A stretch of 64,000 bases of DNA. It comes from Octopus sinensis. Taxonomy: Eukaryota. The stretch spans positions 57,598,001 to 57,662,000 of the forward strand of contig NC_042998.1 of NCBI RefSeq assembly GCF_006345805.1, written 5' to 3'. Shown piece after piece: positions 39,458 to 52,074 of this stretch (positions within the stretch are counted from its first letter, which is position 1; every line of letters begins with the position of its first letter). Position numbers and translations under genes: made by a program. The notes beneath the pieces were generated by a model. The model had not been told where the DNA came from. It saw only the letters and a program-made list of their open reading frames with translations, and did no database searches.

Positions 39458-41686
39458 TCCTTTCCCCAGGATGTTTTTTTGGAGAAAAGTTTCATTTTCG
39501 GACAAAATTGTTTATTGCTTTCTGTTTTATAGTATTTTAATGCTGGTTATGGAAATAAAGTTTGTTTTTTTATTTATTTCCAATATTTTACTTGAAATTT
39601 TATTTTGAAGATACCAATTTCGGCAAAAACAAGATGACCGTCTTCCTATATGTTTTAAATATATATTTTTTTATTTATTGCTTTTTTTCTCCAAATTTAT
39701 CATCAAAAGTAAAGGGGAATTACACATTTATTTTACTCTTTTTTTTAGCATATCATCTCAAAAATCTTCTATAGATATACATCTTTCTTTTCAATTTTCA
39801 TAACCAAAAGTAAATACAAATAAAATACTGCACTTATTTTATCTTTTATTTTACCCTGTCTTCCCATACATCTTACTATCTCTGGTATTTTATGAATGAT
39901 TATTTGGTATGGTATTTTTCAAAGCATAATTCTACTACACATAAAGGTACATTACAGAGTTTACACATATATCGTGGCTCCTTCTGACTGGTTTCCCTCG
40001 ATGGTCACGTTTCAGACAGCACACGGCACATTTTTTGTTGGATTTGTCTTCTTTTCTCTTGGTGGGGCTTCCACTGGAAAATGTCCCAGTGAAGTCGAAG
40101 GCCTCCCTACAACTTTAGTAGATTGTAAATCTGCTTCATATTTTGCGATGATATCTCGTATAAACTGCTTATAGAATTTCAGGTGTTTGAAGGCTTTTTT
40201 CCCTTCCTCGGTGACTGCTACATTGTACAATATGCAAAAATTCCATACCGCAAAATCCATCAAATGGAAGAAGACTTTCTTTAATATTTCTTACCTCGTT
40301 TCCTTGTAATGGAATAATCTACTAGGTGTTGGTTCACCTTGTCAACTCCACCCATTGTAAAATTGTAACTATATACAACTGCTGATTTCTTCACAGGTCC
40401 TTGTCTTGTCTCAACATCCTTCAAGGCGTGGTTGTGAATGGTTAAAAGCATTGCACCGTCTTCCTTCTTGTCCTTTCAACGAAGAGTCATTACCTCCCCT
40501 TTCTGAAATGCTGCAACTTCTCCTTTTTTCAATTTTGTCCTATTCAGCTGTTCAGGCGTCTCCTTTTATTCAAACGGAGAGTTCCATAAATATCAGTTTT
40601 TTGACTAACCAGAGTATCAACTAATTGCGGATAAATGTAAATGTTATCCATTGTAACACAATAACCTTTACCAATTAAAGGCTTCATCAGAGACAACACA
40701 ATACGAGAACTCATGGGATATTCACTATATTCTGAATCAATCCTTTGCCAACATAAATGATTACTCTACATATATACCCAGTCTTTGCTTCACACAAAAA
40801 ATACTTCACTCCTCCTTTCTAGAGGTATGTACTGCACTCATCTTGACCTTCTCTTGAACCGCAAAAACCTTTCGTCTATAGATAAATCATTGTCAGGGGT
40901 ATAACACTTCATAAAGTTCTCAATAAACATCATAAACACATCATAAAATTTATACAATTTGAGGTTGGGATGTGTTTCTGCATCAAAAGTTTCATTATTC
41001 ACAAAATAAAGATATTGTTTTATCTTATTTTGGCGTTTCAAACTGATCAGCTTCCGAAAAATTGGTCTTTCAGGTAGTTCATCTTTCGACCAGTTCATTC
41101 CTTGATCTAGCATTTTCACAACACCACCAAGCATTTTCAAAGCGAAAAACACGAATTTTTCTGCCTTTGTTACAGGGCGTCACATACAATCACCTTCTCC
41201 AGTTTATTTAGCAAAGCGATCATTTTCGTCCACAACTCGATCAATAATTCTGTTGTCACAAAAAAGACTAAAACAATCGAAAGGAGTCATATCAGCTGTG
41301 TTTTGATCAATTGAGATTCCAGGATTTCCAGTGAATGGGAAGCGTGGTGGTGAAGGAAGCATGCAGTATTCCGACACCACATGTCGACACCAAATTCGTT
41401 CCTCCTCCTCCTCCTCCTCCTCCTCCTCACGTGAGAGAGAATAGCCATTATCATACAAGCTTATACTCCCATCTGATATATCCAAGTTTCTAATAGAAAG
41501 TTCATATTCATTGTCTCATCTTTTGAGCTTGACATCTGCGCGTAATTTGTAAAAATGGAAAGATAAATAACTTTGGGAAAAAAAAAGGTAAAAACCGAGA
41601 ATTGACGTCTGTGGCTGGTTTTGAAATTATATATTTTGGATGAGTTCACTCGTCGCACTCTGAAAAAGACAAATTAGGTGAAGGGG
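39458..41686 (-). mobile_element. piggyBac transposon relic (PGBD4-like transposase, fragmented)
   Basis: TTAA|CCCCTTCACC at 41690-41677; probable degenerate opposite end TTAA|TCCTTTCCCC at 39454; ORF pieces KLYK...YTPDNDLSIDE.FLRFKRR and FAVWNFCILYN; acidic N-terminus. Confidence 0.85.
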
Positions 41687-42984
41687 TTAATTGTGTCATG
41701 GCGCACTTTAAAGGGAACATGAAAATACGATTTAATATTTACAGGGAAGTAGAAATTCCACGTATTGTTGTAGCATAGTTATTCCATAGGGAAACAAAAT
41801 TCCAAATCATCTCAGCTAATGACATTCATTTCACCATGTTCTTACATAGAATGATATAGTTCTCGAATGTAACGCCATTTTACTAATTATAACCAATTAC
41901 TTTTAATTAGACATTAGTGGTTACGGGGTTTTGACTCTATTGAATTGATTATGACTTATGTTAATGTCCCTCTAGGATGTAAATTGAAATCGATAATAGC
42001 GAGATTTGAACTTGGAACTGAGAGACATGTAACTAAATAGAGAAATGCATATAGCCAAGTTCTCTATTGTCTGTGACATTTTCATAAGCATAAAACATTT
42101 CTCATTAAAAATGCAAGGTGCTGCATATAAATTGCTAATTTAACATGGCATGTAACGTTAAATGGTGAAGCATTGTCCCGTAAATATATGATACATGTGT
42201 GTATGCGTGTGTTTGTGTGTGTATGTCCGTGTGTGTGCGCGCTGTGTGCTTGTGTGTGTGTTTGCGTGTGTATAAGAATGACAAATGGGAACATCTAAAT
42301 GCGTGTATCTCAAAGTATAAGACATCGAAATACAATTAACAATTACAGGGAAATTATTCTGAAATAAGAAGTAAAACTGAACACAACCAACACTGGCAAC
42401 AACAAGTATATGAATATGATTTCAATCTAAGAATAGCAATGCCATTTCTAACATAGAAACAGTGTAACCGAAAAATAATGTCCGTCAAATTCCAATATTT
42501 TCTTTTACTATAATTATGTGAAAAATTGTTACAAATTTTCGATATTTCCACTAAGAACTGAAATTGAATATCGTAATGAAAAGAATTCTATTTAATATAT
42601 TTAAATGGTTTCAGCATTTATGAAATATCAGATACTATTAATATCGGATTAATGCTGATTCTTTTGCACTTAGGAAAAGCAACTAATTATAAGCAAGGGT
42701 TATAGTTGGCTAAATTAGTTCCACTACATTATCAGTATTTAGTTTACCGATATTCGAAGATAAAAAGTAAAATTACCCACAGTAGGGATTGAACTTAAAT
42801 TACAAAGGGAAATTAATCACCGAAAAAGTAGTTTGTTATTTCTACTGCTCGTTAAAATATATGAGAAGGGAACATCACTCAATAAAGAAATGAAAACATC
42901 TGTGTGCAAATATCAATTTAATTATCAATGCCAAATTAGTATTTGTCTTAATCAAAATAATTCAAAAAAGAACTAATATTGATT

Positions 42985-43195
42985 TCAGACTTGCGTACAA
43001 GGCCAGCAATATCGAGTGAGAGGTTAAGTCGATTACGTCGACCCCAGTGCTCAACTGGTAGACATTTTATCGACCCTGAAAGGATGAAAAGTGAAGTCGA
43101 CCTCGGCAGAATTTGAACATAAATCGTAAAAACGAACAAAATGCCGCTAAGACTTTTGCCCGGTGTGCTAACGATTCTGCCAGCTCACTGCCTTA
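42985..43195 (-). mobile_element. SINE family 2, well preserved
   Basis: Head GAGCTGGCAGAATCGTTAGCAC...GTTCAAATTC on the minus strand. Confidence 0.9.
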
Positions 43196-44029
43196 ATGTC
43201 AAATTAGTAAATACTTTAGAAAAGTAACATTCATTGGGCAGGATAACACACATAAAGATTGGACTACCTGAACTATTTAAACTTTGGTCAGCAACTAACG
43301 GGGAAATTAAGATACGTATACTTTTATTAGTAACTGCATGTATTATATTATCTGATAAATTTGTAGAGCTAGCACTTAGTATCAGATTGATATTGATCGC
43401 TGTGTAATTAGACGCAATACTTAATTACGGGCCATGAATATAGTAAAATGAATTGATTATGTAATATACTGTACTGGCACTTATTGAATCGGTCTGGGAT
43501 GGTTGAATCAGCAAAATTTACTCTGGCCGAATTTGAACACTAAGCAACAACAAAAAAAAAAAGGAGAGGGGACTGAATAGTTCCTCATATTTAATCCGGT
43601 GCTCACTGCTTTCAAGTTAGATCATACATTGCATTATCGTGATTCTGTGTAACGACACAACAAATCCATTATTCATGGTGAAAATTATTATCAGTTGAAT
43701 TGATCTCAGTATAATTACTGGTATCGGCAGATGAATATCAATTTTATTTGATTATTGAACAATTGCCATATAGGCAAATATATGAGATAGGTAATTAGTA
43801 TAATGGTATTGCACTAGTACTATACTCAATATTGTACTACATGATATCAGTATCGCATGTCTTTTGAAAATCGTTGGCGCGATTGCTTTGAAGGAGTACT
43901 CGAAAGAAGAAAACAATGTCGTATAAGATGATACAATACTTTGTCCCTAGATTCGGCTTCCATTGTAGAAAGGTGATGTGAAACTGGAACATGGAATGAT
44001 TTGTTGGTAACTGTTAATTCAATGGAAGA

Positions 44030-45250
44030 TTGACCCTAATTTTGATGGAATGTTGTTCCGTTGTCATTAAAAAACCCCCAGCGAATCTGGAGAAGGAGAA
44101 ATGCCCAGGGTCTTTTATGTCCTCCCAGGCGTGAGAATCATTCTGTTACTGTTACTTTTGAGGCGTTGTAAATCAATTCCTGTAAGAGTGCGATGAACAG
44201 TGTATTTCAGTGAATCGATGTTCTGGGAAGGCATAGCTGTGTCTAGTGCTTAGTTGAGGTCTGCAAAGACTGGCTCAAAAAGTGATGGGAGGGGGAGAAA
44301 ACGATTGAATGAAGTTTGGAGGAACCCAGCCAGATCCAAGGAGTACAGGCAGTTATAGAAGCGGTAGAAAAAATGCAGAGGAGACAACACGTCTATGGAC
44401 CAGAAGTTACAGCATCTCTGTTAGTGAGTTTGTGCTAATCAGTCAAGTGTCCCTTTTCTGGACGTGGTCTAGAATATCTGTGTGCAGCAGAAACGTTGTT
44501 CCAGATGTAAGAGCAATATTATATTTTGTTTTTCATCTGGGATTTTTAGAAAATCAATGAGTGTAGGGAGTTGAAGTGTCTTGTAGCTCTGAAGAGAAGA
44601 AGGGCCAGTAGCTTGAAAGCGAGTCAAACTATTGTTAAGGCTGCGCTTTTGCCAAGAGAATTCCTCAGTAGTTGGACGACTAACAATTGGTGTGATGTAA
44701 CGGGTCCTAGTTGACTGCTACAAATACTCGTGGAAGATGTGTGGTTCAATGTTGTTTGCTGTACAGTTGAAGATACCAAGCGACGTTTGCTATCAATCCG
44801 ATGATTAGCTGATATTAGACAAACTTGATATCGTAAAGTCAATGACATCCTCAACATGAGTATATATTGATAAATTACTAGTCATGTACTTGATTCGATG
44901 TTTCCTTCCTCTGTTTCTCTTTCTTGCACTTCTAGAATAGTTAATAATCGACAAGATGATGATTTGTAATGAAATATTCGCTGGAGGATGATATATTCTT
45001 CCTTGAAAATTTAAGAAAATCTGTCGTCCCGTTTAACAACACCACCTAATGTTTGGGTATCTATGGTGGAATCCAGTCTGTTGCAAGGATTATGAGAGGT
45101 CTCTGCTTTAAAGATACTTTCCATCAATCTCAGAGACTCTGAATAAGATATTTAAAAATGGTCGTTCTTCGACTGGTTATTGCAACAAAGGAAGCATTAC
45201 TAACCTGGTGAAGTAAACTGAGAAATTACTTAATGACTAGCCACCCTTTG
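44030..45250 (-). mobile_element. CR1-type LINE, degenerate RT to 3' end
   Basis: DILDHVQKRDT*LISTNSLTEML*LLVHRRVVSS, matching the CR1 C-terminus. Confidence 0.65.
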
Positions 45251-45765
45251 TCATGTAGTGGTACGGACGAAGTACTAGACAATTTGGAGGTTTAATAACT
45301 GTGTAGTGTGTCTGACATCACGACATCACCCCATAATAAATTACGGTGGGACGTCGGATATACTACATATAACTGGTCAATCCGTGCATGTCAAATAAAG
45401 GAAACCTTATAAAAATTGCCATTTTAAGTCATGACTATGGTAAGTAGATTCAAGAGAATTATATATTGCAATGTGATATATGTTATTGCAATGTTACATA
45501 CCTTATTCATTTGACACGAGAAGAATCTAAACTATACATTAACTCATGGATCCTTATGATTCGAAATAAATAATAGATTTGTGTGTGAGTGTGTGTGTAA
45601 TAAGTGAATTCATCTGAATCTCATATGTATAGCAGAAAAACAAGTGTTATAAATAACTTGATGGTAGAGCAAGCTTTCTGATATTTCAAAATACATATTG
45701 ATAATTGATTAACTTGCTACAAAACTTTAATTTGTGAATATGTAATTTCCTCCAATTATTATTAT

Positions 45766-45805
45766 TATTGTTTTTATTATTATATTATTGTTTTTATTAT
45801 TATTA

Positions 45806-45857
<52 letters not shown>

Positions 45858-45858
45858 G

Positions 45859-45931
<73 letters not shown>

Positions 45932-45975
45932 TATTATTATTATTATTGCTATCATTATTATTGCTATTATTATTA
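45766..45975. repeat. (ATT)n microsatellite
   Basis: Directly visible. Confidence 0.95.
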
Positions 45976-46244
45976 TCAGTGTTGCGTCAGCAAATTCTAT
46001 CTCCCGGATTTTCTGATACCAATTTCCTGGCTATAACGTCTGTTAATTCCACTTCAGTTGATTTTCCTACAGCCGGTTCTCGTAGGGATTTTTAAAAATA
46101 ATATTTTTTTGCTAGATGAGATAATATATTAATTGGTGCCATTAGTCTCAACCACAGAGAGCCTTCAGCAAAATTTGATTAAATTAGACAATAATATGCT
46201 ATTTAATTAATTATAAAATTCATTACTCAACGTTAAAATTCATC

Positions 46245-46275
<31 letters not shown>

Positions 46276-46324
46276 ACTGTATACTCCCTTAAATTATACA
46301 TCCACGTTTACGCGCTAAATGTAG

Positions 46325-46525
46325 TTTACTAGCATTACTCATGGTTTGGCATTGCGAACGATGATTTAGGGAGGAGAATATCCACCAGTATTGGTGGCTT
46401 GCTGATACTCCACGAACCCAGTGGTGGACAAACAGACACGATGACCGCACAGGTTGCGTTGGCAGGTGAGTTGGTTAAGGTTGGCTGTAGTGACCTTGTT
46501 CTCTTAACTTTCTCTCTTGTCTGCA
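46325..46525 (-). mobile_element. RTE-type LINE 3' end
   Basis: LTCQRNLCGHRVCLSTTGF (C-terminal zinc-finger-like), ending IIVRNAKP*. Confidence 0.55.
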
Positions 46526-47221
46526 AGATTGGTCTTGCTTATGAATATGTAAAAGGCAAAACCCTGACATTCAGTATATATATATATTAAGCGCACGTGT
46601 GGCTGCGTGGTAAGTAGCTTGCTTACCAACCACATGGTTCCGGATTCAGTCCCACTGCGTGACACCATGGGCAAGTGTCTTCTACCTCGGGCCGACCAAA
46701 GCCTTGTGAGTGGATTTTGTAGAGGGAAACTGAAAGTAAACGTTTTAATACTTTTTGATAGTTATATATATCTAAATAAAAAAAATAATAAAAAGTTTAA
46801 AAGTTTAAAAATTTAAAAATAAAAAAAATTATAAAATTATTAATTTAAATTTTTAAAATATTTTAAAAAGTATAAAACTTTATAAATATAAATTAATAAT
46901 TTAAAATTTAAAATTTATATTTTTTATATATTTTGTATATTTAATTAATTATTTTTATTTTTATGTTTTGGTTTATGTTTTACACTGTTTGATTTGCCTA
47001 ATAGTGGTTTTATCTCTAATTTAATTTACATATATATATATATAAACATAGAATGGTTGTATACTGTCATTCTAACAAGAACGTGACAGTAGGGGGTACA
47101 CCACCGCTGTATAGTCCTAGGAAGCATCGAACGCCTCCTGATAGCTTTGACACATTTTTTCCATGTGTACTTATATACATATACGAAGGGGAGACAAACA
47201 CCTCCGGCTGCCGGAACTGCA

Positions 47222-47267
47222 TCTAGGGACACCGTGTTTCAGGATCGTTGTCCTTCATCGGCCTAGA
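47222..47267 (-). ncRNA. Type I hammerhead ribozyme, unit 1
   Basis: TCTAGG-CCGATGA-AGGA caacga TCCT-GAAA-CACGGT-GTC-CCTAGA: 6-bp stem I, GUC site (predicted cleavage between 47228 and 47227), U4-to-C core variant. Confidence 0.8.
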
Positions 47268-47587
47268 GTAGCAGATACCGGTCAGCTGGTGATATTTGCC
47301 TCGACTTCGTAATTGTATATATATATATTCAGTGAAGTTTATTCACTGATTATCAAAATAAGAAATATTGAATTTCTAAATCTCTCGTAGAGACAAGTAC
47401 GGTGGTGGGGCGATAGAATGGTTGTATACTGTCAATCTAACAAGAACGTGACAGTAGGGGGTACACCACCGCTGTATAGCCCTAGGAAGCATCGAACGCC
47501 TCCTGATAGCTTTGACACATTTTTTTCCCTGTGTCCTTATATACATATACGAAGGGGAGACAAACACCCCCGGCTGCCGGAACTGCA

Positions 47588-47633
47588 TCTAGGGACACCG
47601 TGTTTCAGGATCGTTGTCCTTCATCGGCCTAGA
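47588..47633 (-). ncRNA. Type I hammerhead ribozyme, unit 2
   Basis: Identical motif; predicted cleavage between 47594 and 47593. Confidence 0.8.
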
Positions 47634-48099
47634 GTAGCAGATACCGGTCAGCTGGTGATATTTGCCTCGACTTCGTAATTGTATATGTTTGTGTGTCTGT
47701 TCTCGTGTGTCTGCATATGTCCAATTACCATCACTTGACAACTGATGCTGGTGTGTTTACTTCCACGTAAAGTAGCGGTTCGGTAAAAAAACCTCGATAG
47801 AATTCATACTCCAAATAAATAGTGTAGGTAAAGTTTGTTTAGAAATGTCTAAGGGAAAGGCATGGCTATATTTCAACCGAGATATGGCCTTACAGTTAGA
47901 AACTATGCTAAGTGTGGTGTATATCAAAAAAAAATATACAAGGTATTGAAGTTAATCTAGCCGAGATAGTGTATAAAGGGCCGCTGTATTGTTAACGTAA
48001 AGAAGAATTATAGTGGTAGAAAAAGTTGAAAGAGAAGCTGTGTAAAATGGACTAATTACTAATCTCCTTACTTATCACACACATAAACGCTTAGCTACT

Positions 48100-48235
48100 A
48101 CTTGCAAGCACATATGATCAGGTGACACCCACAACGCTAATTGCTGGAGGTACCTATATTGTCGTGAGCAAGTAAAGATCTCACTAAATCCTCCTAACCT
48201 TGCTCCTCTTGAACATCGAAGACGTAACAGCTGGA
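48100..48235 (+). mobile_element. CR1-type 3' remnant
   Basis: ...ISLNPPNLAPLEHRRR. Confidence 0.45.
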
Positions 48236-49341
48236 GAGAGAGAGACAGGTGGAGGGATATTGAAAGAAAGAGAGAAAAACAAAGTGTGAGTGAGAAAGAG
48301 AGACGGATAGATAGATGCACAATCGTTTGGTAATGAATCACAACTGAAGCAACGGGAATCAAGTTTCCTCTACAAGGACACGAGGTACTGCCCAATTTTG
48401 AAATCGAATCTACGACTGTATAGTCATGAGCCCAATCACAACACCATGCATCTTATAAAGTGTGAAAGCGCTTCTAGTGAGTCATATCTTTTGAAAATGA
48501 ACTACTCAGTTTCTTCAAGTGGAGGATACGCTTTGGCATATTAGAAACTTATGTCGGAATAATGCATTTCCCAAAAAATCTATCATCATTACTTACTTTG
48601 TAGTTCTCAGTTGCGAAGCCTTACATGAATATTTGAAATTGTTTGGATAAATCTACATCTGTTAGGCGAAATTCACGAAGAAATATTCGATGTTTTGAAT
48701 TGTTTAAATAGGTAACGAAATGTAAATCGTTTAGCGTATAATTTTAAGGTGGAGAAGATATATTTTATTGGTTTGCTTAATCGCACGTAAAATCTAAGTC
48801 TTGATGGATGACATACATAACGTGCCTTGTCTTCAAATTTCAACATAACTTTTACTTAAGTATCCTTGAATTAGCGCAGCTTAGAACGAACTAAAGGGAA
48901 TTATATTTTAATTCAAGACAATAAAAAATTTGTATTTCCTTATTCTTTCCTTTCCTTGGCGTCTGTTTTGCTCCTATCGTCTCTTTTTGTTTCCCTCTTT
49001 ACTCTTAGTTCCTATCAACTTTCACGTATAATTTTTCATACTTTTCTAATTTATTTATTCTATTTTTTTTTTTATTTTAAAGTAACTGCTATATCAACTA
49101 TTATATTTGAAATATTTTAAAGTTTAATACTATAAACGTTTAAACCTTAGAATTTAAGTATTTATAGCCACATAATATTTAACATACATAATTCCTACGT
49201 AAGTTCGTAAGTTGTAATATACGAGTTAATCGTGTCGAAAAGTGTAGGTATATATATATAACAAAGTGAAGTTATAAGATACCGCACGATTGGAAATATA
49301 TATGAAAGATGGTTTGAAAATGCAATTTTAAGAGATGTTTA

Positions 49342-49390
49342 TTCACTTGACCGGTTTCACTTCTTTAAAAAAAGATTGTCAAAAGTAAAA
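49342..49390 (-). ncRNA. Degenerate minimal hammerhead (PLE-type terminus)
   Basis: TTTACTT-TTGACAA-TCTTT tttt AAAGA-agt-GAAA-CCGG-TC-AAGTGAA: palindromic ACCGGT, GUC site, 7-bp stem I; core mutated. Confidence 0.45.
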
Positions 49391-49869
49391 CGTAAAACCT
49401 TTGTAAAAGCTTTGTTGTATTAAGTACTGGTTGTCACAAAATATTACTATACATATATACATTCTTTGATAATAATAAGAAAGTATTAAAACAGTTTACA
49501 ATGAAAAATCTTGAGAAAATATGAAAAAGTTCATTAAAAATATTTGGATTTCATCAAAAATCATGTTTGTTTGCAATTATCTATATATATTCACAGGAAA
49601 TTACAAGTTCAAAAAGGTCATATACACACAGAAGGAGATATATTTAGGAATATATAAAGAATTTGAGATGAACTGACCTGTTTTACCATTTTTCATTTTC
49701 TGTGAAGCTAAATAAAGGCTGATTACTATTTTAGGTTGGTTTGGGTGGGGGGAAGGAAGAGCAATGTGGAATTGAAAGGATTTTTGTTGTTGTTTCTCCT
49801 TCATTGTCTGTCTTTCGTGGCTCGTCTTTCACGGTTTAGTGGTTTTGGGGACTGGTTTGAGGGGTCAGA

Positions 49870-51340
49870 ATGGTGTGTGTCTGTATGTATGTGTGTATAT
49901 ATATATATGTTTGTGTTTTTGTGTGTGGGCCGTTTTTGATAGGTCCCAGGGTTTATTGTGGTGCATGTAAATGTGTCTGTGTGTGTTTAATATTTGGCAG
50001 GATGGTGTGTATATATGCGTGCACGTTAGTGTGTGTGTATGTGTGTGATTAATATCTGTTAGGGTGTTGTGTGCGTGCAAGTGTGTGTATGTGTACGTCT
50101 GTGGGTGCGTGTGTATGCTTGTGTTTTTTGTGTTGATGGGGATGTTATGAGTGTGTACGTGAGTGTGTGTGTACATGAGTGTGTGTGTATCTCTGTCTTA
50201 GTATGTTTATGATGTTATGATTGTCTTGGTGTTGTGTGTATGTGTATATTGTGTGATTGGTATTTGTCATGGTGTTGTGTGTGTGCATGTGTATGTGTAT
50301 GTATTTGTTAGCGTGTGTGTATGTGTGCGTCTGTATGTGCGCGCATGTATGTTTGTGTGTTTTTTATGTTGGTGGGTATGTTATGTGTGCATATGTGAGT
50401 GTGTGTGTTGTGTCTGAGTATGTTTGTTTTAATTGTCCTTGTATTGTGTGTGTATGTGAGCAACCGTATGTGTATGTGAGGGTGTATATGTATGTGTGTG
50501 GGTATGTGTGAATGTGTGTGTAAGTGGGTTGTATTTATAAGGGGTTCTGTGTGTCCATGTGCGTTAAGTTTATCCGGGTGGTGTGTATGTGTGTGCATAT
50601 GCGTTTTGTGTGTGTTGGTATTGAGCATGCGTTTGTGTTTGTATATATGTGGGTATGGTTTATGTAGTTGCCGTGTGTGTCTGTGTGTACACATGTGTGT
50701 GCTGCGTGTGTGAGTGATTTGCTTTGTTTGTATTGTTAGTGCAGTGTGTGTGTATACGTGTGGGTGTGTTTGTGTGAGTGTGTCTATGTGTCTTGTATTT
50801 GTGGGGAAGGTGTGTGTGTCATTGTGTGGTGTGTGTGCATGTATGTTTGTGAGTGTTTGTTGTGGTTGTTGGGATTGTATTGTGAGTGTATGTGTGTTTT
50901 TTCTTTTGTATGTGTGTGTGTGTGTGGTTTTATTCCTGGGGTACGGGCGTATTGTGTATGTGTGTGTTTACAGGTGTGCATAAATGCGTGTGTGTTTGTG
51001 TGAGTTGTGTTGTAGTTGCGTGTTTGTTTGTGTATCTGTGTATGTGTGGGTGTGTTTGTGTGAATGTGATTTATAATTTCGTGGTGGTGTGTGTAGGTGT
51101 GTGCATGTCCGTGTTTACATATGTCTATATGTGTGTGTGTGAGTGTTGGCTATGCTTGCTGGAATCATATTGCAAGTATATATATATGTAGGTTTTTATC
51201 TTGGAATGTGTGTGGGCTTGTGCTCTAGTGTGATGATTTTGTGTTTGTGCATGTGTTTATTTGCGTCGGAGCTTGGCATTATTTTTGTGTGTGTGTGATT
51301 TTGTAATTCTGCATGTGTTTCTCTGTGTGTTTGTTTTGGA
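49870..51340. repeat. Cryptically simple TG-rich tract, about 1.5 kb
   Basis: Extreme T/G strand skew without a long perfect (TG)n run. Confidence 0.85.
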
Positions 51341-51585
51341 CGTGTACCTGGGGGTATGTTAGAGTATGTTGAGTTGTGGTCTGTATTTTTGAATAAGATT
51401 ATTTTCCCTATTTATTCGTGTTTGGTCAGTGGTGTTGTCCGGGCATTGGTGTAGTGGGAAAACTAAGAATTTGGGTGACTGTTGTGTGCACAGAGGTCCA
51501 AATGCCCACTAAGTGGTATCTGTCTTGTGGTGGGATCCATCATTTGCAAACCTTCTTTCACACTCACACACACACACACACATAC

Positions 51586-51664
<79 letters not shown>

Positions 51665-52074
51665 TTTATCCGCACGCAAAAATGGGTGTGTTAGAATACA
51701 GGATATTGCGAGAGTTACCATGTGAGAAATTCTCATGTTGTCTTTCGGTGCATATAAGCACTCTTATTTACATTGCTTGCGGTGAGATAAACCACGCACC
51801 ATTGCCACTGTTGACACTACCGGCTCCCATGATTTCGGCCCTGCCTAACCTTGACAATGGTAGACGCTGGAAACTGTGGCGATAAGAACAACATTACTGC
51901 TAGCGATGTAAACATGATGGCCTATATGCACTTCTCGCAGTATCCTGTGTTCTAATGCCACATTCACTTTTAAGTAGGATAGATATTACCATTTTGTTTT
52001 AACAGTGGTTCCGTAGCGAATAATTACACATACATACACACATGTAATATTGTGAAGGAAATGAAGAAAGACTA

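Larger units (their letters stand above)
47048..47686 (-). mobile_element. Tandem hammerhead-bearing repeat (retrozyme-like), two units, period 365-366 nt
   Basis: 47048-47320 and 47413-47686 are nearly identical; each carries a type I hammerhead. Confidence 0.8.
46590..47812 (+). mobile_element. SINE family 1 split by insertions in its central (TA)n (head 46590-46736, tail 47681-47812)
   Basis: Both halves are homologous to 7678-8096. Confidence 0.8.
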
